A stretch of DNA of 64,000 nt from Flectonema sp. DT1601 (taxonomy: Eukaryota): the NCBI GenBank assembly GCA_964019425.1, contig OZ025800.1, positions 930,001 through 994,000 of the forward strand. Reading direction: 5' to 3'. Below the pieces are notes generated by a model, which saw only the letters and a list, made by a program, of their open reading frames with translations, had not been told where the DNA came from and searched no databases. This document shows positions 13,224 through 25,797 of the stretch, in pieces. How positions within the stretch are numbered: the first letter of the stretch is position 1; each line of letters starts with the position of its first letter. The position numbers and the translations under genes were made by a program.

Positions 13224-14746
13224 TTATTGTAAGTTTTTATTATAAGCCACAGCAGGGTCGAGGTAGACGTAAGCACTGGTTCCAAGTCCCTCTTGTGAGA
13301 TGAGTTCAAATTGACCTCCGAAGTAAGTCGCGATACATTTCGTTATTGGAAGTCCATAACCGTATCCAGCGAATGGAGATGCCGCACAAGGAACTGATGA
13401 GAGAGGTGGAGCAGTATGAGGAGATATTCCTAATTCGGTACTTTCCCAAGAACACTTAACTTCCAATGCTGAGTCGTCAGCATACGCAGGTCTCGCAGTG
13501 GTGTAGAGATATGATTGAGTGAGATCGATATTTGATCTGCGAATACCTCCACCCTTGTCATCAACTCTGATTGTTAATTTCTTATTCTCAGATACGCAAA
13601 CTGTCACGACTATGAGATCTGTTCCACTCTGTGCTTTAGTCCTCCCATGCTTTTCAATAACAGCTCTCATTGAATTCTTAAGTAATTCTGTACTCATCGT
13701 ATTCAAGTAAAGAGGAACGAATACAATTCCTTCTGAGCTCCCATGAGTGTTCAAGGTTACCTTTGGAGCTGTACCGTAAACAGCCTCAGCTTCTTTACTA
13801 ACTTGATCAATACTGTGTTCGACAACTCGAGAAGGATTCATATCTTTTAGGACTAGCCCGGTATAGTTCTCAATCTCATGACCGTAGGAACTGTATCTGA
13901 ATCCTTTATCAGCTGGTAGCCATCCATCTCTAGCTCCAACTTGAATAATTGTTTCCATTAAATGTGCAATTAGAAATCTAGTTCCTATGCGAGACTCATT
14001 AAAAGTATTTAAAAAGGTCTGCAGTCTTGGGAAACTAGAAAGCCACCATCCTCTATCACGAGCCCGAGTAATTCCAGATTGATGCTGTTGATGTTTTATT
14101 GTGTTGAAGGAAATCAAGTTGTTTATGTCACAATTATCTTTCGTATAAAACATGTTTTCAAGATGGGGGGGGTGGGAGGTGAAATAAAACATACGAATAA
14201 ATTAGGATTAATATCAGCCGTTGGCCTCAGTGCCTGTTTCAAATTGTAAATCCCACGAGCTACGTGTTCTAATGTTCGACCGTGACGAGCAAGAATCTCT
14301 CTCAAAACAGGAAGAAGGTTAACAAGATCTTCAGTTGAACTTGGGATTTGCAACTGTCTCATTGAACAGAATGACTTAAAGTATGATCTGTGTAATTCTA
14401 TAACCGGCTCCATGTGAGAGAGTCCATAAGGAAGTCTGTCTAAGTCTCTTCCTCTATGAGCGAGTCTGATTGGTATCTCATGGTAGACATATCTCGCTAA
14501 GTTTATTAAATGATCAGCTGAACATTCCTCTCCTTTAGGAAGAACTTGTGCTATTGATACGGGTGATTGATTTCTTCTAACGAAATACTCCCATTCACCA
14601 TATATTCTACTGTACTCTTGTGTAGACACATTAGGGCATATTCCATACATGGGTTGTAATGATGATAATCTCGACTCAAGCTCTGAAATCCTCTCTTCAG
14701 TTGACATCCATCTCCTCTGCGATGACAACAGCAACCGACGCATCAT
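13224..14746 (-). CDS. Mitochondrial pyruvate / branched-chain ketoacid dehydrogenase kinase (PDK/BCKDK family), 2 exons (14746-14195, 14084-13224)
   Basis: EIPIRLAHR, SRIGTRFLIAH, N-box ELLKNSMRA, G1 DKGGGI, G2 AGYGYGLP. Presequence-like MMRRLLLSS. A 110-nt GT-AG intron joins the two ORFs in frame. Confidence 0.9.
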
Positions 14747-14941
14747 TCTATTCGAAGTTTTAAATTGATATCAACCTGCAGAAGGAAATAAGAGGACAGT
14801 TTGTTATCTTTTCAGGAAATATATAAAAATGAAATGACATTCTACAGTCTAATTCATAATGTAGAAAAACAATAAAAAAGATTTCGATAGTCTTATGCAA
14901 TAATTCATAATGAAAGTAAATGACGTGCCTACCAGAGTTTA

Positions 14942-16174
14942 TTATTTGGATTTCTTGCGTTCGTAAAGTTCTTGTCGCAGAGATTCTATCTCTCGCTGAT
15001 GAGAAAGACTGGTGTCAATATCTGCTGTCTGTTGCTCTCTCGTTAAATGAAATTTATTTTCCATACCTGAAAAGAACGGGGTAGCTGAGCGTGACATTCT
15101 ACGACTAACATCAAATGGGAGTTTATGTTCGAATGACCATTCACGAGCAATGTACAACAATCGTAACAACGACAGGTTAAGCGGATCCGCAATAGACCAA
15201 CCCTTATGAGTAAACACTACACACGGACCTGGTTCTAAAGGAGCGTTTCCTCGCAAGACACAAGACTTTGAGCCGTAGTGTAATTCCATCGCTTTCCACA
15301 TTTGAACGTTATTCCTATCTCTGCTATTTAAATGAATACCAGTACATGATAACGGTGATAAACATGAATCAAGACAGGTATAAAATGATGAATTATTTAA
15401 CGATACGGGTGGTGTCCCGTCAACAAACATATCAACGATAGCGATGTCGTATGGCTGAGATATTCCATCTGATATGTCTTTTGATTTCTTAGATAAGAAC
15501 AGAGTTGCGTCTTGAACAGTTATTGTAGTAGTAGCTTCTTTGTTATTTCTGGGCTTGAATCCGAAATAGGTTATAGCGTGATTGACAACTTGTGGTTCTA
15601 ATTCGACTATGTCAATAGACATGTTTGGGTACAACTCCTGTAGTAATCCTGGAAAGGCACCACCACCCAGACCGACAACTAGTGCTCGAGAGGGTTTGTC
15701 TTTTTTCAGAAGACCCAAACACTTTTCTGCTATTACTAGAGGTTTGCACATATTACGAAGGTAAAATGGAAGGACGTGTCGGTAGTCAGGAATACACTGA
15801 TCGTGCATCCACCGATCATCGTCTTCTTCAACTTCATTTTTACACTTCATTAATGTTTGAAATGGAAGAACTGAAACACTACTATCATCAAAAAAAGTAA
15901 AATCCATCCTTCTATACAAACTTCCATTATCTCCGAATAGACTTGTCGTGTTGATAACTTGATTTTCATTAGTAGAAGCTAAGCTCTTTGCCGATACTTT
16001 TTCGATGAAATCCGTCGGAAGTGTAGCTGCCCTATGAATACCAAGAGGTCCACTGGCTATACCTCCGTCTATCTCCATGTACTCGCCTACTCTCAGTGAT
16101 TTTCGAAATCCATAAACCCCGGCTCCAACAGTGCTATACATTATTGCCTTTCGAATGTACTTTACTGCCGACAT
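14942..16174 (-). CDS. Class I SAM-dependent methyltransferase (spermidine synthase / METTL13 C-terminal-like)
   Basis: ALVVGLGGG, IDIVELEPQVV, VQDA, YDIAIVDMF motifs. Confidence 0.8.
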   Translation of the reverse strand: MSAVKYIRKAIMYSTVGAGVYGFRKSLRVGEYMEIDGGIASGPLGIHRAATLPTDFIEKVSAKSLASTNENQVINTTSLFGDNGSLYRRMDFTFFDDSSVSVLPFQTLMKCKNEVEEDDDRWMHDQCIPDYRHVLPFYLRNMCKPLVIAEKCLGLLKKDKPSRALVVGLGGGAFPGLLQELYPNMSIDIVELEPQVVNHAITYFGFKPRNNKEATTTITVQDATLFLSKKSKDISDGISQPYDIAIVDMFVDGTPPVSLNNSSFYTCLDSCLSPLSCTGIHLNSRDRNNVQMWKAMELHYGSKSCVLRGNAPLEPGPCVVFTHKGWSIADPLNLSLLRLLYIAREWSFEHKLPFDVSRRMSRSATPFFSGMENKFHLTREQQTADIDTSLSHQREIESLRQELYERKKSK

Positions 16175-16337
16175 TGTTATTAGTAGTCTGGTGGTTGAGG
16201 AATTCCCTTTTAATCGTATTGAATGATTTTTTCTTTAAATAAAATTACCAGAACATTGACATAGGTTAGAGAGGGTAGTGTAAATGAAGTTATTTATTTC
16301 AAAAAAGAAAAGAGCGCTTAAAGAATCTAATTACTAA

Positions 16338-18274
16338 CTAACTTACTGTCGTATCATACACATCTGAAAGGTTACTTTTTGGTGATTCACAAGTTGTGTC
16401 TCCGTGTGATTGCTGTGCGCTCTCTTCAAAAGTTTGTAGTAAAGTCTCCTGGTATGTCTTCAGGGACTCCAACTTGTCGATTTGATAAATCGCATTCTGT
16501 GAGAACAGAATTTGATTAGCACGAAGGCTGGTAAACACCTCTCCCGATTCAAGAAGAGCTACGTCACGAGTAAAACACGACAACTGTGACAACGAAGGTG
16601 ACGAAGAGGCATTCAAACAACAAACAGACAGCAACGCGATACCAGCAGCAGCACATGCGATACGAGACTTGTCAGAATATTCCATAGCTAAAAGTAATGG
16701 AGTTACCTCCTCAGGTTTTAAATTAGATTTCGAGTACTGCTGGTGAAGTTCTATTTCTTGAAGCTGGTCAGGAACTGATAAATTAACTTTCTGAAAAGAC
16801 TCATCTCGTTTCTCACGTAATTCAGACATACATCTCGCAGACATGGACCTTTTCCTTAAACTGTTTTCATCTGAAGAAGATGGAGGTCGAGGAACCCTCA
16901 TTGAACTCATCCTTCGAGGAGGTAAAGGAGGAGGATGATCCAATTGTTTTACAACAGCTGTACTGAGTGACAAAGGCTCAGGTGATGGATGGCTCGCAGT
17001 TTTAAGCAGCGGTATCGCAATGGGGCTTTTTTGCTGTTTTTGACCACCCTTTTGTCCCCGTGAACTTAACGAGCATATTTTAGTAACTTGCTCCACCACC
17101 TTTACGATAGTATCCGTAACAACAGACTGGAATGCCGTAACTTCATTTCGGATATGAGTGATGTTTGCCTTCGCTGTCGTAATAATTGGAGTGAAGAGAT
17201 CTTCGATGTGTCGATGCCATTTGGCGTCAGCCTGTCGAATTGTAAACAGACGACGTTGCTCATCGAGTTCACTATTGTCCTGATCTCCATTAGTAGTAGT
17301 TTGAGTATTAAGACTACTAGAGGTACCTGCTTCAATACTTCTAATTAATTTCATTAAAATATCAATCTCTGATGATGGTTTTCCAATTGAATGATTTGCA
17401 TTATCAGCCGCTCCTTTTCCTTTCAGAAGTCTGACGAACTTATCAGCAACTGCACCTGTCTCATCACCAAAGCGGTAGCTGTTTACGTTTATTTAAGGAA
17501 TGCAAAATAAAGAAATATAAACTTGGATTCTACGACATACTGTGGAGGTGGTGTCTGTGACATAAAGTGTTGACACCTCTTTATGAACGTGTCGGAATCA
17601 TCAGTCTTTCGATTTGGTCGAGTTTGTGAAGCCTTCCATTGATAACGCTCTTTCATAATGTACGCGAGGTATGATAAAGTTTCAGTATAAACCTCTTGTG
17701 ATTTATCAAGAGTGATTGAGATCTTTCGATGTGATTCGATCCACAATTGCATCTCATCCGCCATAAATGAATTTCGTAGCTCAAGTAGCTCCGCACGTCG
17801 ATTGTGGACTTGCTCCTTAGCAAAGTGAGCAGATGACGCCTCCCCCACCATTTGTATTAAATTCTTAAAATCTGATATAGTTTTTGATACGACTTCGAAT
17901 ACCATTTCAGGAGAATCTGCGAAATGCTGAACAGGCTTCCCCTCCGTGATCATTGTTGATCGAAGTATCTTTATTTTATTAACAGATCGTACAGCTCGAT
18001 GAACAGCTGTTTGTAATGTACTTTCAATTAAAGTTGTTGATTTCTTCGCCAGGATTACTGTTTCTTCTCTTATTTCTTTTTGTGTAGTGATTGTCTGCTT
18101 ACGGATTTCATCTAATTTTCGAAGTGCGTTTAATTCGTAAGGTGGTATAAACTGACTTCCTTCTCGTTCCCTAAGTTCTCCACTTCCAGCAGGTAGCTCT
18201 GATAGTTGTCTACCCTTTGCAGCCTGTTTATATTTGTATGCTTGGAATTTCTGTTCCAAAGCAGCGCTCGTCAT
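16338..18274 (-). CDS. Hypothetical coiled-coil protein, 2 exons (18274-17523, 17478-16338)
   Basis: A 44-nt GT-AG intron (17522-17479) fuses ORFs 17489-18274 and 16338-17354 in frame (VVESN-YRFGDE...DILMKLI). Confidence 0.75.
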
Positions 18275-18530
18275 ATTATCTGACTGTGAAAGGGGGAAAA
18301 TAGTTTTTTATTTATGGTTATTTTTTTTTTTTTTTTTTTTTTTGTCCTCCTTTCCTTTTGACGTTAAAAAAAAAAAAACTATTGAAAAGAAACTGAAGCT
18401 CAAGATAACATCAAAAAAAAAAAAACAATAATAATAATAAATAATAAAAACTACATAACAAAAAACAAACAAAAACTAAAAATAAAAATAAAACAAAAAA
18501 AAATAAAACCATTAATATAATTATTGTTAC

Positions 18531-19536
18531 CTATCCATTATCAGGAGCATTCTCAGACGTTGATGCCACTGCTAAAACTGGATCTCTGCAAACTGGACAT
18601 GAAGGTGGGTCAGCTCTTAATAACCATGTCATAATGCATTGTCTATGAAAAACATGACTACACTCCAATGAGACCCAGGCATCTGTAACTGAACTTTGAG
18701 GATCATCTTCATCCTCAGGAACCGATTCTAAACAAATGCTGCAAACAACTTCCGGAGCAGGATTCGCCACCACCGGTAAATTGTTTATTATCCTTTGAAT
18801 GTTATCAGCTGCTTTTATTTGTTTTCTTTTACTAATTAGAATACACATAAATACACAAAGTAGTGTACCAATATGAACACCTAAAACAACTATTGAAGCC
18901 TCACTAAGTATTTCATCATTACTAACATGACTAAGTGTATATGAACGTGGAACTAAGCAAGAGTATAACAAACATCGTTTTAGTACTGTGCGAGTGCTGC
19001 TGCAAGCTGAATTTCCACAGTTACAGACGACAAGTGTAGCTTGCCAATTAGCACACCCCGAAGGAGAAGGACTGAGGTTGATAAAGGTATCAAATTTCCT
19101 TTCAGAAGTAGCATCAAAATCAAACGTCATAATCGCATTTCCAGTTAGCTGAAGTGATTTATTAACCAAATGATAGTTTCCTTTTCCCACCTCTATCATT
19201 CCAGACGTCATGCTGTCTCTTATGCGAACACCCGGAATTGAACTGGACACCATATTTCGACTGGCCTGTTTTCCAACAAATTCTATTGTGGTGTTGGTAC
19301 GCAGCTCAATAGTCACTTCCAGTTCCTCTATGAGAGACGTAAAATCTGTTATGTCGATTTCAATTCGATTTCCTTCCTGTTGTTGTTTTGATGAGGAAGT
19401 GTGTGTTCTCACAAGTAAACTAAATAATTAATAATTGACATACGGGCACACTAATCTGACCGTCTATCTCACCCCTGGTAGTTGAGACAAATAGCAGTAG
19501 CAGCAGCAGCTGGGTAGCTAGTAACGACGACCACAT
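18531..19536 (-). CDS. Type I membrane RING-H2 E3 ligase, 2 exons (19536-19444, 19376-18531)
   Basis: Exon 1 encodes signal peptide MWSSLLATQLLLLLLFVSTTRG. 67-nt GT-AG intron. TM helix IVVLGVHIGTLLCVFMCILI. RING-H2 CSIC...CSHVFHRQC..W...CPVC. Confidence 0.85.
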
Positions 19537-20541
19537 TTAATCGTACACCCCTTCCCCTCCCCCTGAGAATATTATTATTATTAAGTAAGCTCGTCAGCAA
19601 ATCGATTTGATTAAAAGTAGATTACTGCGCATAGCCCACTCCCCCTGTTTTGAATAATGAAATGCTCACGTTCTGCACATATGATTAACTAAAACAATAA
19701 CGTCCTTCTTGTAGTTCACATACAGTAAGAAGAAAGAGAAATACTCAGAAGGCACACTAGAGGAAGGGGAATCTTTGTATTATTATTATTCTGCTTTAAT
19801 TTTTCTCGTATTATCTCTCTCCTTTTTTTAAAATAAAAAAAAAGGATCTTTTTTTTTTTTTTTCTTTGTACCAACTAGATCAGAGAAGAAAACTATTTCA
19901 GATTAAGAAGCTATATTTGTTTATTATGGTATTTGTTCTCTATTTCTCCCCCCCCCACGTGTGTTCGGTATGACTGCTTTCGCTTAACAAAATACGAGAC
20001 TTTATCTGAAGATTTACTTGTTTCCTTGGCTTTGGGATAGGGAACACATCATTCTTTTTTTTTTTTTAATTTAATAGTTTTTTTGCTTGGCGGAGTTTTA
20101 ATCTCTTTATTTATTTTTTATTTATTTTTTTTCTTTTTGTAAATAAAACGTGAAAACTTATAACACAAAAGGCCACACCCTTAATACTTTTTTAAAGTCC
20201 TATGTTGTAAGAAAAGAAGATAAACCTGTCGGAGTAAACCTCCTTTCAGGTATAGCGATGCAATGAATACGTATGATGACTACAAAAAAAAAAGAATAGA
20301 GCGACCTGTAAAATAAAACAATACTACCCAACTATGATGTGTTGAAAGGTTCTATACTTTTATATAGTAGTATTTTATGGTAGTTTTTTTTTTTCACTTC
20401 GGACGCCATACCGTCAAACGATGTCGTCTTCAATAATGTTATTAAATTGGAGTAGTTGTTCATAAGTTAGCCGTTAGGGTGGATAACATACTACTGATCA
20501 ATAATGTTGTTTTTATTTTTATTTTATTATTTTTTTTTTTT

Positions 20542-22425
20542 TTAATTCATTGCGAGTAATAATCCCATAGCCTGATCAACATCACCTCCACACGATGCGA
20601 GGACGTCTGTAATAATTTCTGTTGAGATATTTTGACAAATGCTACACAGCATCGCAACCTTTTCAGGATCAGCTACAGCTGCAACAGGAGGTACCGGAAC
20701 TGGAGAAGAGTCTTCTGCTGGAGGGCGCTCCTCTGCACGAAGTTGTCGTCGTACTTTTTGTTGTTCGGTTGCAGTAGCCCAAGCGTCTTCTAATTTATCA
20801 GTACCCATCCTAGGTAACGTTGATGTTATCTCGTAATCTGGTATTAATTTTGGAGCTTCCGCCAATGCTGCCACTTCATCAGGAATCCATTCAGGTGACG
20901 TCTTCGAAACCATCAGACGTTGTCGATGATGATCAGATTTTGTTATTTTATCTGTATGCAACCATTTCTTAGGAGGCATAGTAGTCCTAAACTCTATATT
21001 TGTCATTAATGTGTAATTATCTTCAGACCAACTGCTATTTAGTATTACGAATGAAGCGACGTTGGCGAAGGTAACACCTTCTTTAAACTTCCCGTCAAGG
21101 ATTTGACCATTAGGTAGGTTGATTTTAATTGATATTTCACCATTTTTACCAATATTTGGTGTTTGGTCTTCATAACGTAATTTCTCCATAGTGATGAGGG
21201 TCATTAGCATTTCTTGTTGTGCAGCAGCAAGTTTTTGATCAGCGACTTGCTGTTTAACACTCGCTTCCATTGTACGTTTCGCGATAGCAGTTTCTCTTGC
21301 TGTCTGGTCTTCCTGATCTTCATAATCAGGTGCTGGAACAAATTCAACTTTGAAAGCAATTTCCCACTGAGTATCAGTACTAATTAATCTAACAGCTCCT
21401 GGTGGATGAGTATCCAGAACTTCAAGACTGTGATCAACTGCTCCTTCTGGTTTAGGTAATTTAATTCTAATGGTACTGTGAACAGTTAAAGCTGTTAAGT
21501 AGGAATCCTTCATAGCGATATTTAATATTGTTTCTGTACTTCCTAAATGTTTACAAGATTCCATATCATCGTAAAAAGTTTTACTTCTTGGTTGTAAAAG
21601 GATTCGTTCAGCTGCTTTTAATTCAACACATCTGAGATTTAAAGACATCGAAGGATGTGGTACGTTTAAATTTTGAAGAACCCATGTTGGAACAACAACT
21701 TCATCATCTTTCAAAACTTCCATAAATGGTTGATCACTACTAATACCCATGTGATGAACCCGACCTTCTTGAGTCTTCAATTCGAATATTAACGGAAGTT
21801 TCGTGTTCGGTTGATACAAAGTATGCATCGCTGAAATAGGTAATGAGATTCTGTCTGACAACTCTCTCGCTGGACAATCCGTGACGGGTAAGACTCGAAC
21901 TGTTTTTTCGAAATTATTAGTAGTTGGGAATGCAGATGTCCTGACGCTAACAGCCTCCTGAGTAGCAGGTTTGATTGGATAACTTCTTACTGTGTGTTGT
22001 GCATTATGAACTTGACAGTTTGAATCGAGTAATCTAAGTTTGAAATCAGTAATGAAATCAATTACTTTTAATTTAGAACTCCAATCATGTCCCAGTAATA
22101 TGGTTTTGACGACACCACCTCCGAAGGTAAAGAGTGGATTTGGGATCATGACTGGTTCAAAAATTCTTACTTCTGGAGGGCTCAAAGGATAATCAGAAGG
22201 AAAATATAACCTCAATTCCATACAGTTCTTCTTCGGATCCGCCATTCTTTTTGCATAGGCATTGAGCCCTTGTTGTAGTTCTGTATTTTCTAAGAATTTC
22301 AATCGAATCGCCCACTTTGTCAGATCCTCATCAACAAGTGAGATGCCGGAATATACACTTGGTACTTTCATCTCTGCCTCTTTGTATTCAGTTATTAGTT
22401 GTTGACGGCATAGAGTAGAAGCCAT
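20542..22425 (-). CDS. Multidomain ubiquitin-system protein: UBC-like (UEV) + UFD1-like + UBX + CUE
   Basis: FPSDYPLSPPEVRI (UBC fold). DRISLPISAM..LPLIFEL..VVVPTWVLQNL (UFD1 N-domain). IKINLPNGQILDGKF..FRTTMPPK (UBX). ISTEIITDVLASCGGDVDQAMGLLLAM (CUE). Confidence 0.75.
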   Translation of the reverse strand: MASTLCRQQLITEYKEAEMKVPSVYSGISLVDEDLTKWAIRLKFLENTELQQGLNAYAKRMADPKKNCMELRLYFPSDYPLSPPEVRIFEPVMIPNPLFTFGGGVVKTILLGHDWSSKLKVIDFITDFKLRLLDSNCQVHNAQHTVRSYPIKPATQEAVSVRTSAFPTTNNFEKTVRVLPVTDCPARELSDRISLPISAMHTLYQPNTKLPLIFELKTQEGRVHHMGISSDQPFMEVLKDDEVVVPTWVLQNLNVPHPSMSLNLRCVELKAAERILLQPRSKTFYDDMESCKHLGSTETILNIAMKDSYLTALTVHSTIRIKLPKPEGAVDHSLEVLDTHPPGAVRLISTDTQWEIAFKVEFVPAPDYEDQEDQTARETAIAKRTMEASVKQQVADQKLAAAQQEMLMTLITMEKLRYEDQTPNIGKNGEISIKINLPNGQILDGKFKEGVTFANVASFVILNSSWSEDNYTLMTNIEFRTTMPPKKWLHTDKITKSDHHRQRLMVSKTSPEWIPDEVAALAEAPKLIPDYEITSTLPRMGTDKLEDAWATATEQQKVRRQLRAEERPPAEDSSPVPVPPVAAVADPEKVAMLCSICQNISTEIITDVLASCGGDVDQAMGLLLAMN

Positions 22426-23025
22426 TAATCCTTTCTTTTTCTTTTTATGGTTTCACCTATTAAGAAATACTTATCATAATAAAATCAAACACTTATCTCA
22501 TTCAATCAACAGCTCAGGAAATCTAGTGAGCTAACAATCAATGAGAAGCTCTAACAACAATCTAATTAGGAGGTGGGGGGAGACAACAGAGTTTTAGAAA
22601 ATGAAATTAAAAAAAAAAAGAGAAAGGAAAAAAAAAATGTGTGTGTGTTGTTAAAAAAAGAATAAAATTATTTATTTTTATATTTTTTTTTTATTTTTTT
22701 TTTTTTTTTTGTACAAAAAATATTAATCACAGACGTATTATCAAAACGATGAGGATTAGAGTAAAAGAATATTTCAGATTCAATAATGTCAGCTGTGGTG
22801 TCTTCATAGTTTGAATTACTTTCACAACGTCTTCCACCCAACATTACTTTAAATTGAAGACTCCTTGACAATGCAATAAATAGCATTGCAACATTCCCAG
22901 GGGGGTTCTCATCACTACTATAGAAAACAAGAAGAAGAGAAAAAGAATTTTACTTGTGCAGAAATCAGTAGTTTGTCTTTGTAGTATTTATCTCCATCAA
23001 TCGTTTATATTATCTTCAAACTCTT

Positions 23026-24561
23026 CTAAAGATCATTAACAGGTTGTCTTGGGGGTGGTAAAGTAGATCTACTTGGAGCATTACTATCGTGATTTAAAAT
23101 TGATGGAAGGCTGGCTGTGACGACACCACCTAAAAATGCTAAATCTTCAACTTGTGAGTCAACTGTTGAGGCTGGAGGGAGGTCGTTATCATCTTCATCA
23201 CTTCTGTTTGATTCAACCTCTATAGCTTCCCTCGGGATATCAGTCATGGTGTCATCGAGGTTTAGAATTCTTGCAGTCGATTGATAACTCGTCTCAAAAT
23301 CACAAAGATGAGCAGATGGCTTTTCCTCCTTTTCGTAATGTTGCTGTTGCTGTTGTTGTTGCTGCTGCTGTTGTTGCTGTTGTTGTTGCTGGTTTTGTTG
23401 CTGTCTAAGGTGCTCTTTCTGCATTGTTTCTATCTTTTCAGCTAAGCTAGCCTGCTGGTCTCTAATATCTTGACTCAGGGATAGTAGTCTGCTCTCGTCA
23501 CTTTTCAGTTCGCTGTTTTTCTTGACGTACTCTGTTTCCACTAATTCTAATTCCCGTGACCAGTGAGCTAAGGATACTTCGCGCTGCTCGAGTTGCGATA
23601 TTTTTGAGTTTAGCATTATCGTCATCTGAGAAACGTGAGCTCGCTTTTCGGAGAGCTCCGTCTCCTTGACCTGCACAAGACATTCTCGACGGCGCAAGTC
23701 TGCTGTCTTTTGGCTGCTCTCCTCCGTGAAAGTTTCCATTTTCTTTGTCAGAATAGATTCTCTCTTTTGAATGTCTTCACTTGCGCGATTCAAAGAGCGC
23801 TCCTTAAAGGCTAGCTCGTGGGACTTCGCATCGAGTGAGGATGTTTTCCACGAGATAGTAGTTTCTGCGCGAGTTACTTCCGTGAGCTTTTGTAAGTACT
23901 CCGATTCCTTTTCACGAATTTCCCGTTCTAGGGATTCCAGTGAGTTGGCCCACGCCCTCAGTTCTGGCTCAGTGTCAGGTCGACAGTTGCGAACTGATGC
24001 TGATGATGATGCCGGTGCCGGTGCCGATGATGTTGCCGCAGTTTTAAAAGATTGCGTTGTAGGTAAAGCATTTGAATTTAACGCACTGTTAATTTGTTGA
24101 AAAGACGGTGATGACTGCGGTAAATCTGTTGCCGGGGTTCGAAGTGTCTGAGGACTGAGTACTTTGCTAACGGTAACATTTACGTCAGCAGTAGTACTAT
24201 TTTGAGAAATATCATTTTTACTAACTGAAGCAGATACTGCAACAGGCTTCACTGTTCCCCAACCGCCGATCTCATCATTGAAGCTAGTTAGAGGAGATGA
24301 CTCTACAGCTTCTGCATCACTAGGTTGTTCAGAACACTGCATGTCACCAACCAGCTCAGTTATTTCATCATCAGCTGACTGCGTAGTGATGTTAGTTTTG
24401 AGTGGAAAAACTCCCTCGGCAGCTGCCGCTGATGTTCGCTCTCTCGGGACCTGACCAAACTCCGGAGACATGATTACCCTCGACCTCCATCTCTCAGCTG
24501 CTAACCCGTAATCATACGCCGGCAGCCGCTGAGGAACTTCTGCAGACAGCGATCGAGGCAT
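23026..24561 (-). CDS. Hypothetical coiled-coil protein with polyQ
   Basis: 511-aa ORF with a heptad-rich centre and a CAA/CAG run at ~23341-23403. Confidence 0.75.
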   Translation of the reverse strand: MPRSLSAEVPQRLPAYDYGLAAERWRSRVIMSPEFGQVPRERTSAAAAEGVFPLKTNITTQSADDEITELVGDMQCSEQPSDAEAVESSPLTSFNDEIGGWGTVKPVAVSASVSKNDISQNSTTADVNVTVSKVLSPQTLRTPATDLPQSSPSFQQINSALNSNALPTTQSFKTAATSSAPAPASSSASVRNCRPDTEPELRAWANSLESLEREIREKESEYLQKLTEVTRAETTISWKTSSLDAKSHELAFKERSLNRASEDIQKRESILTKKMETFTEESSQKTADLRRRECLVQVKETELSEKRAHVSQMTIMLNSKISQLEQREVSLAHWSRELELVETEYVKKNSELKSDESRLLSLSQDIRDQQASLAEKIETMQKEHLRQQQNQQQQQQQQQQQQQQQQQHYEKEEKPSAHLCDFETSYQSTARILNLDDTMTDIPREAIEVESNRSDEDDNDLPPASTVDSQVEDLAFLGGVVTASLPSILNHDSNAPSRSTLPPPRQPVNDL

Positions 24562-25797
24562 CGTTACCGACCTGTTGAAAAGTAATTTTGTAAAAATAAG
24601 TATCTCAGTCCAAAAAGTACAATATCGTCATTTCACTCGAAGCAATTTCGCTTTGGAATACCTGAAGAATCAAATATTATATTCAACCACAATAATCTTA
24701 AAGTAATACACTGCATACCAAATGCTAAAATTATAAGACGAAAACTAACCTATAACCGATGCCCTATTTTTACTTTGCTTTCGTTTTTTTGAGATTTTTT
24801 TCGGCGGTTATGTTTTGCAGTTTTTCTTCTTCTTTTTTTCCTTTCCTATCGTTTTTTTTTTTTTTTTTTGCTTCTTTTTTTTTTTTTTTTTCTTCCCCTC
24901 CGAGCTACAGTACCTCACAGTAAACAGAACAAATGGACGGTCTGAGGGAATCACGTACAGAAAAAATAAATGAATAATAAAAATTAAAAAAAGAGAAAAA
25001 AAGAAAAAAAGAAAAAAAAATTCAACCACCTTAATGTACAGAGACGAATTAATTCCACGCGGAAAGCGTCGGGGGAGAAGTAACTTGATACTGTAATTAC
25101 ACACAAAGCAACTGGAAACCGGCTAAAACTAAAATAAGGTTCGGCCAAACATAGTTGCCATGCAAAAAAAAAAAAAAAGACTAACAGTTGGTATCGATAA
25201 AATCCCTGTGCTCTCAAAAATGGGAAGGGGGGTTGAAATAAAAACACATGGGGAACACAATTTTGATACAACATGCCCTGATAATAACTTGTTAGCTACT
25301 AAAAGTATACATTCGATAATAATACAACAAAGACAATACACTGACTGGAGTAACTTGATACTGCAATTAAATATAAAGCAACTTGACGGGAGTGCGGGAA
25401 CAACTTAAACATAACGTAAAACAACAGACTGACCCTCAGAAAAATTCTGCAACTTACTAGGAGTGTTTTTTCAACTGCATACCGAGGTGTGAGCAATTTC
25501 AGTTGCAGCTCTAAAGACAAAAATTGCGCTGAACACGCCTCTCTTTAGATAATCTGACACTGAGTAGCTGGTGACAAATATGTCTTTACGGTAGAAAAAT
25601 AAATTTGACAAAAGAATAAATGGCACAATTCGCACTATCGTGAGACACGCACAAACTCGGTTTAAACAAATGTCAGATAAAACTGATCACATTTTAGAAT
25701 AATGTTATCAGCTTCCGCAACAATCTGATTAGGATCATCACTGAGCATCAACGTCAGTTTTAAACTAACGGCGAAACCTTTGTAATATTAATAAATA

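Noticed and set aside
25077..25390. ~40-bp imperfect direct repeat (AGTAACTTGATACTG.AATTA) at ~25080 and ~25349
   Set aside because: Short local duplication in an intergenic/UTR region with no element structure.
3109..25520. Short Phe/Lys-rich ORFs in intergenic regions and antisense ORFs over genes
   Set aside because: They are products of poly-T/poly-A tracts or shadows of real genes on the opposite strand.
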